From assembly GCA_010015585.1 (NCBI GenBank), contig ML975150.1: DNA of 64,000 nt; one strand, given 5' to 3'. Positions 15,001 to 26,322 of the stretch are shown here, piece after piece (the stretch's first letter is position 1; each line of letters begins with the position of its first letter). Below the pieces are notes generated by a model. It was not told where the DNA came from. It ran no database searches and was given only the letters and a program-made list of their open reading frames with translations. Source of the stretch: Eremomyces bilateralis CBS 781.70 (lineage: Eukaryota). Position numbers and translations under genes: made by a program.

Positions 15001-18000
15001 TGCAGAGACAAACACTACGCAAGAAGCAGCTGCAATTGAACCGGAGGATCGGGCAGTCCTAGCTGATAATTCGGTCGGAGATCTTCACGACCCCTCTACC
15101 TCTCAGAAATATGAACTCGAGAATCCGGTGGAGGTATCAAATCAGGAACTGGAGAAGACGACTGCAACGACACACGACCCCCCTTCTACGCCTCGGGATA
15201 TCGAGTCCTCATCTACGCCAACGGGGCGGCGAATAAAACCAATGCGCAAGCCAAGCACGAAAGGCAAGAAGGGAAAGAGAGGCAGCACACTGCCGTGGGA
15301 GGAGCAAGAGGAGCGATCGGGAACTCGAGGCGAGATTAGCGGAGCATTGGGAGCAGGGTTGGGAATTGCATCTGCAACCGCACTGAAGGGCATGGCAAGG
15401 AAAAGTCAAGATAGTTCAACCCAAGACCAGGAGAACGAGGAGCTCGGTGAACATGGCATCGAGACGAGAGATTTTGCTGCAGCCATAGATTCCCCGCAGC
15501 GGCAATCACCTTCCGCCGCAGGAGCACGACAGACAAGCGTTGTTTCATCGGTATCCCCTAACCTTGAAAGGGTCAAGCGGAAAGCCGCGGCAAATACAGC
15601 TGAGCCTCCATCGAAGGCCCATCACATATGGGATATTCGCGACTACGTTCAGGAACCAACATGGGCATCCCCACAAGAGCATCGTGACAGTGCTGTCCAC
15701 ATTGGCGGGTCACCCCAGACAAAGAGCCTGCCATTGATGCCGGATACAACGAGAGACAGTGGCTATCACGATACACCGATTCTTCTGCCACCTGAGCACC
15801 ATGCACCCAGGAGTGTAGATACTCACGAGAGCACTCCGCCCCTATCCAGCAACATGCCTAGCTCGAAGGAGCAGCTTCAGGGTTCTGACGAAGTTGGATC
15901 GGATTGGGAAGTCTCGGCTCATCCAACACTAGTTGATGAATTGCAAAGAGACATGGTACCTCCCCGCAGCCGTCCGGTATCCCTCGCGGAGGGTACTGCT
16001 CCCCCTTCTACCTTCACATCACCAATGGATGCTACCACGAAGGCTAGAACTTCGTACCTTTTCAGCTCCTCTCCTTCGATCAGAGATACTCCTATACGCC
16101 GACCAAGGACGCCGGATGAGTCAAGACAAGCTATCCCAGATGAGGATCTGACACCATCCATTGCTGGTAGAACTCCAACCAGTCCTTCTGATACCGGAGC
16201 CTTGTCAATGGCACCCCGTGGTTCAGGCGATCAATCAAGCCCGTCTCCTTTCGGTACTGGATCAAGCATGCGATCGCTTGGAAGAGACTCAACGATGACT
16301 CCATCAAGGAACCTTGCAACGATCGAGGAGCAGGGCTCTGAGCCGGGTTCGTCTCCATTGAGCCACAAGGCCCAACGCACATCTCCTCCAGAGGCCAGTC
16401 TTCATCACCGATTCCGATCTCTATCACCACCCGAACATGCAAGTCCTGATCATGAACATAGAGATTCCGCTGGTCTTGACCATGTCTTGGCTCAATCCCC
16501 TCGTTCGCCTCACACTCTTGATCTCCCAGCAGACTCGGCTCGTTCTTTAGGATCCCCGTCACTACAATCTCCAAGGGATCTTCGATCACCTCCTCCAAGC
16601 AGCGAGAGATCCATAGCCGTCAATCGACTTCGTAGTCCTTTACATTCAGGAACAAGAACCCCTGACTCCGCAGGACAACGACGACCGTTGAGTGCAATGA
16701 GCGCTCACAGCCACCACAGCCACGGCTCCAACCAATCACTTAGGCGCACGGACCGCAGTTTGTCAGGTGATCTCCGAATCGCCAGCCGCCTTAGTGAAAC
16801 CCAAGAACCTGGCGCGACAAGAGGTTCAACACCTGCACCCATTCACTCCGCGCCGTTGTCGCTTTTGGGCATCGCGGCGCAGGATCAGGATTCGCCTCGT
16901 AACATTTCACCTCCAGGATTTGGCGAAGCCGGTCCGTCCGATTATGACAAGTTCAGTGAAGTGAGCGACAAGGGCAAGAATCGCGCTGTTGCCAACGCGA
17001 TGGGTGATGTTTTCGTGAGTATAGCTCTCTCCTACCACCATAATGCTTCCATCTTCGGATATGCTCGGGGATGATGCAACTTATCTAGCAACTGAGTTGA
17101 TAGCTGACATTGCTCGCTCTACAGGAAGGCTATGGCGAGGCCCCAAGGTCGCCAATGTCACCGACTGGTCGTGCACCGACCCTCCGAAAACGACAATCCC
17201 TTCTCATTACAGACCTACAATCACAACTTGACCGAGTGGCCGCCGAAAATCGAAACTTACAAGATGCCCAACTCCGAGCCGAACACGGCATTGAGGAGGC
17301 TCGAGCGGAAGCTGAAGCTGGGGCCGCCGCCATTGCGCGGGTGAAAGAGGCGGTAACAGAGAGGGAAATACAGTTAAGGTCAAAAGAGGAGGAGCTGGTC
17401 GATCTTAGGTCGATGGTGGATGAGTTCAAGGAGGAAGTGGAAAGGCTCACAGGAGACAATGAGGACTTGGCCATTGCAAACAGAAATCTTGCGGAGGATG
17501 TCAATGGTCGCTATGCGACTCTCCAGGAAGAGACCAGACAGAAGGACATGGAAATCAGGAAGATCAGGTCGGAGCATGCGGAGCTTACGGCAGGGATGGC
17601 GTTGGTTGTTCGACAACAGATCGACTCGGCCTTGGAGCAAAAGGACCAACAACTGGCAGAAGTGCAGGCGGAACTGGATCAAGCAAGGGAACAAGTCAGA
17701 CAACTTCAACACCAGTTGCTCAACTCGACTCAAACAGAAGACTTCCTCAAGGTCCGAGATGATGATTACTTCGACATGGCTTGTCAGCAGCTCTGCGACC
17801 ATGTCCGATCATGGGTGATGAGGTTCTCGAAGAACTCTGATACAAGACAATGCAGGTTAACATCGGATCTACGCGACGAACGGCTCGAGACAAGAGTCGA
17901 CAATGCCGTTCTCGATGGATCCGATGTCGACATCTTGCTCGCAGATCGGGTCAAGAGGCGAGACGTCTTCATGAGCGTTGTGATGAGCATGATTTGGGAG

Positions 18001-18715
18001 TTCGTATTCATGCGATACCTCTTCGGGTTGGATCAGTCGCAACGAAAGAAACTCAAGAGCCTCGAGCAACTGTTGACCGAAGTCGGTATGTGTTGCTTGG
18101 ATCCATCTTATAGTGAAAGTTTGCTAACATTCTCTAGGTCCTCGAAGCGCCGTCGCTCAATGGCGCGCAATTACACTCACCCTTCTCGCTCGTCGACCCG
18201 CGTTCATCTCACAACGCGACCAAGACACATCTGCTGTTGCAGGAGAGGTCTTCTCAACCCTCAGCAAACTCCTCCCGCCACCTTCGGAGAAGTCCATGCA
18301 ACTTCAAGACTCTCTTCAAGTCGTGCTGCGACTCGCTGTCGCCCTTGCCATCGAGATGCGGACGCAGCGAGCTGAATACATCATGCTACCGCCTCTCCAA
18401 CCAGAATACGACACTCACGGCGATCTGAAAGAGAAGATCCGATTCAATGCTGCGCTCATGAATGAGCGGAGTGGAGAAAATGCTAGCAATGATGACCTCG
18501 AAGCTAGGGGCGCCGTGGTCAAGATTGTGCTTTTCCCGCTCGTCGTCAAGAAAGGAGATGATAGTGGGGAGGGCGAAGACGAAATCGTCATCTGCCCAGC
18601 GCAAGTGCTAGTGGCTCGTCCGCCAACCGGGAAGAAGGTTGTCCGTATGCTCAGTACAGTGATGGACATCGATGCGCCGAGTGTCAGTGCTATGGGCGAA
18701 GGAAGCATCGCATAG
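1..18715 (+). CDS. lah: Leashin/Lah-like Woronin body tethering protein ('involucrin repeat protein'), >6000 aa, probably 5'-partial. Exons ~1-17014, 17125-18085, 18138-18715.
   Basis: The 5671-aa ORF frame is open back to the window start. It has a conserved-looking N-terminal block (WWKDYEDIAKMEAYTEYIGVCRYCFDP) and a long disordered acidic middle punctuated by many KKSKKDKKK motifs. Introns 17015-17124 (GTGAGT..GCTGAC..CAG) and 18086-18137 (GTATGT..CTAAC..TAG) join in frame to a coiled coil and a C-terminal domain (DDYFDMACQQLCDHV..MRTQRAEYIMLPPLQPEYD). The architecture matches Lah as I recall it. Confidence 0.8.
4300..4430 (+). repeat. 15-bp coding tandem repeat (EPTTA)n within lah
   Basis: Repeated CCCACAACCGCTGAA; translation PTTAEPTTAEPTTAEPTTA. 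Confidence 0.9.
10440..10890 (+). repeat. Near-identical internal tandem duplication (198/195-bp period) within lah
   Basis: TTCACTTTCACGTCCAGCAAGAAG occurs at 10448, 10646 and 10841, with nearly identical intervening sequence. Confidence 0.9.
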
Positions 18716-19378
18716 AGCTCCTGTTCTATACTAGAATCATTCCCTTTTTTCTGTCCATAATTCCAAAACGGCAGGGTATGGTGGAGGCGTTCGGACTTTT
18801 CTATTCTTTCATGTTTTCTGATGAGCGAATACTTCACTTCTACATGTATAATAACGGCGCTTCACGATGACGACGTCGACGGCCTTCTTGTGCTAGACTA
18901 GTTCTCTTTTTCAATTCAAACATGTTCATGAATCATTCACGTACAACACTTCTTCCTGGCTTCCAGACTCGAAAGTCAATACACCTGTGCAGTGACGTAC
19001 CGTATTCCGAGACTGTCATACAACCTAAGCCTCAACTTCCAGCCCCCATTGCACATGAAGCAACAGCACCCAATATGATAACTGCGCCTCAAACTCCGCC
19101 TCCCTGGGTGTGCTGATTTCGCACGACAATGATCACAGTATAAATATTTAATGTCCTCCGATTTTCCTAATCTTGCCGGAGTTTAATAATGTTTCATGCC
19201 TGTAAGCAAGTCTACTCGCGTCGCTGTCCAGTCCAAAGTCACATCCTCAAGCAAGTAGCCGTCCGACCCAATATCGATTTTCCTTCTATCACTTCTCTCT
19301 TCGTCAGAGTTTACTTTAAGTCTATCACAATAATCTTCAAGCACCCAGAAAGCTCAAACTATATCTCCCTTTCTCAAC

Positions 19379-19654
19379 ATGTGTCTCTTCACGACATCAC
19401 GCGACCGGGACTACCTCCCTCCACCACGTCGCGAATCACACTACACAGCCCATCCAGGCTACTCTTCATCCATCCGCGTCGCCCGAATTCCACGAGACCC
19501 ACACCGGCGGAGCTATGAGTACGATCTTGTGCGGCCGGACAGCCGGAGGAGCGTACGAAGCATTCCATTGATAGAATATCGAGACAGCCGTAGCAGTCAT
19601 GGCAGCCACGGACATCACCATCATCACTATGATCGGGTCATCATCAGAGATTGA
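19379..19654 (+). CDS. Small Arg/His/Ser-rich hypothetical protein (91 aa)
   Basis: ATG in good context (CAACATG), preceded by a CT-rich leader and TATAAA near 19139. No recognisable family. Confidence 0.4.
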   Translation: MCLFTTSRDRDYLPPPRRESHYTAHPGYSSSIRVARIPRDPHRRSYEYDLVRPDSRRSVRSIPLIEYRDSRSSHGSHGHHHHHYDRVIIRD

Positions 19655-20788
19655 GACTGGTTTAATTGACAGCAAGATCACTGCGTGGATTTATTATGAT
19701 AGCGGGAGGAGATGGATCCTCGAAGGTGAAGCGCATGGCGCCTAGCTGGTGATTTGATTTATGGGTTCTGGATGTTATGATTGATGACTTTGTACGGAAT
19801 ATGACCCCACAGATCACGAATTACGGCTCTGAGCGAATTCCGTTGCATTGGCTGCTATAAGAGGACGTCGATGTACAACAATAGTAGACTAGATATCTAT
19901 TAATAGCTTCTGCTTATTAGTTAACTATCCATTATTTAAATACAGTAGTTAACTAGTTATATCGAGTCAGATACTACTAGCAGAGGAGCGATTCTGCTAA
20001 CTACCTCAGATGCCCTAAGTGGTTATATAACAGGGTGTCGAAATCTCCAGACCATTATTCTCCGCACGTTACCTCTCCTGAGATATAAAATGCTGTCTTA
20101 GACTCATTCATTGCCATTACGGAAGTCGATATTTACTACTCTCCCTGAATGTAATAGGAGGAAGCCGCCGGAGGTGACAGACCATCAATCCAGTCTCCAG
20201 AACGCTGCCGCCACGCATGGTACTATGATTATCACGATCCAAACTTCCTAGCTTCCAACATTTCCTCATCCAATAATCATCTATCAACTGGATAAATAGT
20301 TGCCACTTACCTACTCCCCTCTGGCAACTATTACTCAGGTTAGCAGTCTGCACTTCATAAACCACCACGTGCCAACTTGTACCTGTATTGATCCTCGGCA
20401 TGTCCCAACCCCACCTCTCCGCACGCTATGACGCCTAATCTGGGGACGGTCGAGAGACCGAACTGGTGTTAGAGTTGACTCGATCCAGGCGACTCTCTCG
20501 GCGTCCAGGACAGGCGTCCCGGACATGCGACCGTGATTATGGGGGTGCATCGTCCAGCGATTGGCACCAGCTGAATTGCATGTGGTTGTCATGTCTTTGT
20601 GAAATAGCCGGTTGAGTGGGCGTTGGGACTTGGCTACTTGGGAGATTTCACAGTATTTACCTTGTACTACGGCCTTGCTACTCTTCATCTTCACTAATAC
20701 TCTAGCACCTTTGCTGAACTAACTTCGATTCTGTGACCGTCTGATTCTGCGAAACTACTTTTATAACCCCTTGTAAACCAAAGACGAG

Positions 20789-21983
20789 ATGCCTATCCGA
20801 AGCAACTGGAGCCTTGCGCGCGAGGGTAAGCCTCTCCCACTCACGAGAAATGCCTTTTACGACCCAAGCGCTCATATATCGACACAGGAATTACCTTCGA
20901 CACGGTCGTCAATCTCATCACGAGCACCGCCCTGAACCCTCATCTGACTCTCCCACTCTACCTCCTGGGCAAGTATACTGCCAAAGGACAAGAGATCGCT
21001 GGTCAGAATGGGAAGATATTCGACCGGCTGAAGATCGCCCTTGCCATTGGGGCGATTCGCGCCGCCAGTTCATGGCTTGACAAGGCTGTGCTGAACAACT
21101 TCAAGAGCGACGTTTACGACTGGAACAAGGAGGTTGTCGTCGTTACTGGTGGCAGCGATGGCATTGGCAAGATTGTCACGCTCTTGCTCGCCGAGAAGGG
21201 CATTAAAGTCGCGGTTCTTGATATCCAACCACTCACATTCACCGGTACGTAGCGCCTCTCGAAAATTGAGTTGTCGCGCAGCGCTAACCATAGCAAACAG
21301 CGCCGCGAAACGTCCACTACTTCAATTGCGATTTGGCCAACGCCAGCGCCATCACGGAGACTGCGCAAGAGATCACCGCCAAGCTCGGTGCCCCCACCGT
21401 CCTGATCAACAACGCTGGCTTCGCCCGCAAGCAGAGCATTGTCGAGTCCAGCCCCAAAGCTGTCGACCTTACGTTCGCCATCAACACCGTGGCTCACTAC
21501 CATCTCGCGCGGGAATTCCTCCCCTCCATGATCAAGAACAACCACGGCATGGTCGTCACCGTCGCATCGCTGGCTGGCCACGTCACTGCGCCGAATATGG
21601 TCGACTACGCCGCGTCCAAGGCCGCTGCAGTTGCGTTCCACGAGGGTCTGTCGGCGGAGATCCCAACCCTGTACAAGGCGCCGAAGATCAGGACTGTCCT
21701 CGTCTGCCAGGGTTACACCAAGACCCCTCTCTTCGAGGGCTTCGCCAAGGGTGACGGCTTCATGCAATACATGCTGTACCCGGAGACCGTGGGAGAGGAG
21801 ATCGCCAAGGCCGTCCTCTCTGGCCGAAGCAATTATATCGTTCTGCCAGCCAACAGCTGGGGAGTGGCAATGAAACTGCGAGCCCTGCCACTTTGGCTCC
21901 AAGGCCACATGCGCAAGGACTTGGTCAAAGTTATGGCACAATTCCGCGGTAGGCAAGTTGAGCAGCCAAGTGAGAAGTCGTAA
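20789..21983 (+). CDS. Short-chain dehydrogenase/reductase (retinol dehydrogenase/17-beta-HSD11-like). Introns 20826-20887 and 21245-21300.
   Basis: Spliced product has the TGGSDGIG NAD(P)-binding motif, INNAG and catalytic YAASK. Confidence 0.88.
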
Positions 21984-22270
21984 GCTTGGCAGAAAATTCG
22001 CGGAGATTAATCAGGGGTTTATTAATCGTTCGAATGGTGCTGAATTAGTAACATGAGCGTTTCTAACCTTTAAGCGACCGTGGCCGTGGCAGAGGCAGCA
22101 GTTGGTGCACCTCCTTTGCCTGTGGGTGTTTGGCGCACTCCTCTTGTACTATGTGGTTTCTTTCATAGCCGAACTCGATGGAAGTACTTGTTGGTAGTGT
22201 TTCAACTGATTTACGCGAGCAATGAACGCCTCAGACAACGGAACCTGACGTGCAGTGAAATTTCGTGAAT

Positions 22271-24106
22271 TTACGACGACCCCTCGTATTTGTTTCTGAG
22301 GGACTGAAGTGGTACGGCCAATTCAGGGACTCCTCTGACCACCGCAACCTTGTCTATGATATGATCTAGGTCGTTAAGAGACTCCTCCGCGTCGTTGTAT
22401 TTGCGGAACAATGCCCAGAATACCAAACCAGATATGAAGCAAACAGTGCCAATACCAATATATAGCCCGACCAGATTTGGATCGTTTGCAAACGGAGAGA
22501 CCAATGCACCCAGCAGCGAGCCACCAGCAGACGTCAATAAGAAAAGAGACATGATGAATGATTTCATCGAAGCTGGCGCCTTCGTATACGCGAATTCTAA
22601 TCCCGTCACAGATGCAAAGACCTCGGACAGAGCTAAGATCAAGTATGCGGGCGTTTGCAGGGCAACATGAACTTTGTTGTGTAGAATGCTACCGTCGGGT
22701 TGCCGAGCGGCATCGCATTTGAGCGGCGCGCCATAGCATGGTGGTGCAGCGTAGATCTGGTGCTGGACGAACGCGGCGTACGCCATGGCGAGGGAGCCGA
22801 GGAGGAACCCAAGGAATATCCGGGTCATTGGCAGCATGGGAAAGCCGCACCGCCGAAGGAGAGGGTAGCCGACACGGTCGAGGATCGGGATGATGATGAC
22901 GAGAGCCAAAGGGTCGAGATTCTGCATGATGTCGTTGGGGATGCCATGGAGTTCCATTTGTCCGGCTTGGGAAACGAAGTTTGTGAGCAACTGGAGCGGA
23001 GTCAATTGGAGTTGATCTGAGTTGGATAGAATCAGACATACCTGACTGAATACACACCAATACACAGGGTACACGAGAAAGACTTTACAAGCGATGAAGG
23101 CTCGTTTCAACTCCTCAATGAATATGTCATCCCAAGGGGTGTTATATCCTTTACCGACATTCCGCTGGTGAGAGGGCTTTGCGGCATTGATGTCTCCTCC
23201 GTTCCTCAAGGCGATCCATATAGCCTTCCCGCAATGGACGATGACACTGCCTTGAGGCGGACGAACGACATACTTCTTCTTCCCCCCAATAAGGATAACG
23301 AACCCAATACCGAATGCGATCAACGGAAGTAGATACGCAGACCAGAATCCCACATGCTTCTCTAGTGTGGTCGTAAGTGTTGCAGATAACGACCCAATAT
23401 TGATGCAGAGGTAGAAGACCATGTAAATCCGCTGTATAGTTGTCGCTGGATCCACGATAACGCGCTCGCCATTGTTGCGTGTCTTGACATAAGCTCGCGT
23501 TCCACGATACTGCTCAGCAATAAGGGGCGCGACATTCGCTTTGATCCCACCTGTTCCGAGGCCAATGACGATCATCGAGGCAATGAGACCCGGAAGGGCA
23601 ATGCCATGTTCAATGGCGTATGGTAGTGACGTGAAGAATAGAACGACGATCCCAATCATATAGATTATGGAAAAATAGACGATCGTCAGGTATTTCCCCA
23701 GGTATTGATCGGCCACGATCGCCCCAACAATGGGAGTACAATAACACCAGAACTGGAAGAAGTTGAGGATGCCGGTTGCCGACGTCTGTCCCAGCCCCAG
23801 AGCCCCTGGATTACCGTTTGGATCGTTATATTTGTTGCTGATGTAGTTTTGGAACGGACCGCTGAGACCGTAGTACGCAAATCGCTCGCATAGCTCGACT
23901 ATGGCGACGAGAAACGCGCTTTTTGGAAGCGCATCCGGTACCCTTCGGAGTGTGCGCTTCTCAAGGTCGCTGGGCTCACGCCCGTCAATCCCGAACTCCC
24001 CGTCGCTTGGGACATCATTCGAGGACCGGTCGCGGTTTAGGAGTTCATCGACTTCGAGATCTAACTCGGCGTCGCTATCGTCGTCCTCCACTTTTGGGTG
24101 CTGCAT
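22271..24106 (-). CDS. PTR2: POT/PTR2-family di/tripeptide transporter. In-frame 51-nt intron at 22991-23041.
   Basis: ELCERFAYYG (ExxERFxYY) motif, GTGGIKANV, FYLCINIGSL and multiple TM segments. Confidence 0.92.
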   Translation of the reverse strand: MQHPKVEDDDSDAELDLEVDELLNRDRSSNDVPSDGEFGIDGREPSDLEKRTLRRVPDALPKSAFLVAIVELCERFAYYGLSGPFQNYISNKYNDPNGNPGALGLGQTSATGILNFFQFWCYCTPIVGAIVADQYLGKYLTIVYFSIIYMIGIVVLFFTSLPYAIEHGIALPGLIASMIVIGLGTGGIKANVAPLIAEQYRGTRAYVKTRNNGERVIVDPATTIQRIYMVFYLCINIGSLSATLTTTLEKHVGFWSAYLLPLIAFGIGFVILIGGKKKYVVRPPQGSVIVHCGKAIWIALRNGGDINAAKPSHQRNVGKGYNTPWDDIFIEELKRAFIACKVFLVYPVYWCVFSQVCLILSNSDQLQLTPLQLLTNFVSQAGQMELHGIPNDIMQNLDPLALVIIIPILDRVGYPLLRRCGFPMLPMTRIFLGFLLGSLAMAYAAFVQHQIYAAPPCYGAPLKCDAARQPDGSILHNKVHVALQTPAYLILALSEVFASVTGLEFAYTKAPASMKSFIMSLFLLTSAGGSLLGALVSPFANDPNLVGLYIGIGTVCFISGLVFWALFRKYNDAEESLNDLDHIIDKVAVVRGVPELAVPLQSLRNKYEGSS

Positions 24107-24421
24107 CGTAGCTCGGGTGTCATGTTGGGATGTGCTGCTCAATGTCAGAGGGGGCGGATGTTTTAAATAGGTGGAAATCAGACCTGGCACTGGAACTTTC
24201 GGCGTATCCACGTGTAACACTTCTAGTACTCATCTCAATGTTTAACCGAATATCATCGGCGGATTGCTTGGCTAAGTAGCTGGTGTACCATGCAGTCCAT
24301 ACTCGAGGACGACCACTTCAGAACCCTTTCCTCAAGTATTTGTTCGGTGAAGGCAATTGCCTTGGTTTGGACGGAAAGGGCGTCTCAGCGTCATTCTATG
24401 CCCAGAATGTCTATTGAGAAC

Positions 24422-24994
24422 TGTCGCACGTGATGTGATAAAATGGTTGGGAGTGAGGTGCTGTTGTTTCAGCAGCGAAGTTGTTGTCTTGTGTAAGTTG
24501 TGTGTAAGTTGTGTGTTCTAGTGTCGCAGGCCAAGGCATGAGCCAGGGTGGCTATTTAGGCAAATACAAGCCATTCCGGCTTTGTCCCCACTTTTGAGTG
24601 ATTCGGGCTGGCTCGTTTCCACCTTGTATCTCTTCATACAAAATCGCATATCAGAAACCAAGAAGTTATGGTAGGCTAGAGGTGAAGAAAGTTTGGCTCG
24701 TACCGGCTTGCAGGCCGAGTCAATTATAAGCCGTTAATTCAGGGTCCAAATACAGTTTACACAGGCCGACCCGGCTTAAATAGCCACCCTGGCATGAGCT
24801 CTAGGAGTCCAAGGCTACAAACTGCATTAATAATCTTGCCGTGACTCTCGTATATTTGTAGGGCCGGGGGACCAGGCATTCAGCTAGAACACACAACTTA
24901 CACACAATTTACACACAACTTACACAATACAACAACTTCGCTGCTGGAACAACAGCACCTCACTCCCAACCATTTTAGCACATCACGTGCGACA
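24422..24994. mobile_element. Non-autonomous foldback/MITE-like element with ~100-bp terminal inverted repeats
   Basis: 24422-24521 is the near-perfect reverse complement of 24884-24994. The arms differ by one copy of an 11-bp subrepeat (GTGTAAGTTGT). Ends are TGTCGCACGTG...CACGTGCGACA. No TSD visible. Confidence 0.7.
24544..24791. mobile_element. hAT-type MITE (248 bp) nested in the foldback element
   Basis: 18-bp TIRs CAGGGTGGCTATTTAGGC / GCTTAAATAGCCACCCTG (1 mismatch), flanked by the 8-bp direct repeat GCATGAGC (24536-24543 and 24792-24799). An 8-bp TSD with CAG termini is typical of hAT. Confidence 0.85.
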
Positions 24995-25038
24995 TCTAGG
25001 CCGCAAGACAGTAAGCTGACGGAGGATTCCATAGATCG

Positions 25039-26322
25039 TTAGACATGAATTCCAAGGAACAATTTATGGGATATCCATTTGGAAACGTGATCGTCCCACG
25101 TACTCGATGATAGCTTACTTGTTTTGTTCTCGTTCTTCCGCGTTACCTCCAACCCAATTGCCATCGCCATTTTCATACAGCCTGAGTATCCGAGCGGCAG
25201 GGCATCCTTCGGCCACCCGACGTCCCCTTGACCAGCGGAATCGCTTGCAGCCATTCTCGGTCGCTTTGTCGGTTGCCGCGCTTCGTCCTCAGGCACACTA
25301 GCCGTAAGTGATGGCGTGGGTAGGGGGCGTGTCTGCAATTCCCAAAGCTTGGAAACCTTTCTCACTTTAAGACGTAGAGAAACTGCAGCAAGGAGAGACT
25401 TGATCCAAGGCAGGCGTACCTCAAAAGCCCAGTCGGAAAGGTTGCGTAACAGCCTCCGCAGCTCAAGGACTTGGGATTCCGAATTGAGGAAGGTCTGTTT
25501 AATAACTTGCATCTCGTAGGTTGGAGAGCCGGTGAATTCGTCGCTAGGATTCAGCCAATGGAGGTAAACGTAGGCGGTTGCTAGATCGCAGGTCATTGAG
25601 AAATGACAAACGCGGGTGATATCGATCTCCTGGCTAGGGAGTGCGGCGCGGGATAGAAGCTTGAGATAATTAACGATGGTTGCACCGTCCCTTGCAGCCT
25701 GTAACTGTGCAGCGTAGTGTGTTCCGCCATTGCGACAAGCCTTCCATTGACAAGTGAAGAAGGGAGCATGAATGTATTCGCATAGCGGGCCGAGTTGATT
25801 GAGGACAAACTCCTCTTCGGGGGTAAAGGCTAGGTCGCGAGACTGAAAGATTGACGGTGCTCTTTCAAAGTCTGTCCTAGTGAGATATCCAAATGCACGG
25901 TCCGGAACCGGCTTCTCCATCCATTTGGTATCGGGATATTCGGAAAAGTTGTGCGGCGGACGGTACTGCGGTGAAAGATTGAGCTCTACGACAGGCTCAA
26001 GAAGCTGGCCAGTGGTGCTCCTGTATGCACGTTCGTATAGAAGCTTGTCTTGGATGATGTCGAAGCCGTCCTTCTCCGCTCTGTTGGCAGCAAGCGGTTG
26101 TAGCTTGACCAGCTCTTTGGCGTTAGGCGAAATGTGTTCGCGAGGACGATCACGAAGGTCGTCAATCAGCTCCTTCAACGCTTCTGGAAGCTGGACAGCC
26201 CTGGGTGCAAATACATTGTGTGCCCTGAGCTTGAGTTCCTGGTCAGTTTTGGTGGGAGACTTGCGACCGGACGACGAGGGTATGGATGCGGCAGACGACG
26301 GAGGGTAGGTAGTGGCACTCAT
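25039..26322 (-). CDS. Intronless hypothetical protein with a PD-(D/E)xK/REase-like fungal domain (DUF7924-like)
   Basis: Motifs PDRAFGY...PFFTCQWK...GGTHYAAQLQAARDGA...HFSMTCD..AYVYLHW. Likely start is MSATTYP at 26322. Confidence 0.6.
   Translation of the reverse strand: MSATTYPPSSAASIPSSSGRKSPTKTDQELKLRAHNVFAPRAVQLPEALKELIDDLRDRPREHISPNAKELVKLQPLAANRAEKDGFDIIQDKLLYERAYRSTTGQLLEPVVELNLSPQYRPPHNFSEYPDTKWMEKPVPDRAFGYLTRTDFERAPSIFQSRDLAFTPEEEFVLNQLGPLCEYIHAPFFTCQWKACRNGGTHYAAQLQAARDGATIVNYLKLLSRAALPSQEIDITRVCHFSMTCDLATAYVYLHWLNPSDEFTGSPTYEMQVIKQTFLNSESQVLELRRLLRNLSDWAFEVRLPWIKSLLAAVSLRLKVRKVSKLWELQTRPLPTPSLTASVPEDEARQPTKRPRMAASDSAGQGDVGWPKDALPLGYSGCMKMAMAIGLEVTRKNENKTSKLSSSTWDDHVSKWISHKLFLGIHV

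Noticed and set aside
234..16964. Many antisense and alternative-frame ORFs over lah
   Set aside because: Shadows of low-complexity, codon-biased coding sequence.
22991..23041. Apparent peptide insertions in ORF translations (also 30883-30930, 31309-31362, 51962-52024, 58865-58924)
   Set aside because: Ordinary stop-free 3n introns with canonical splice signals.
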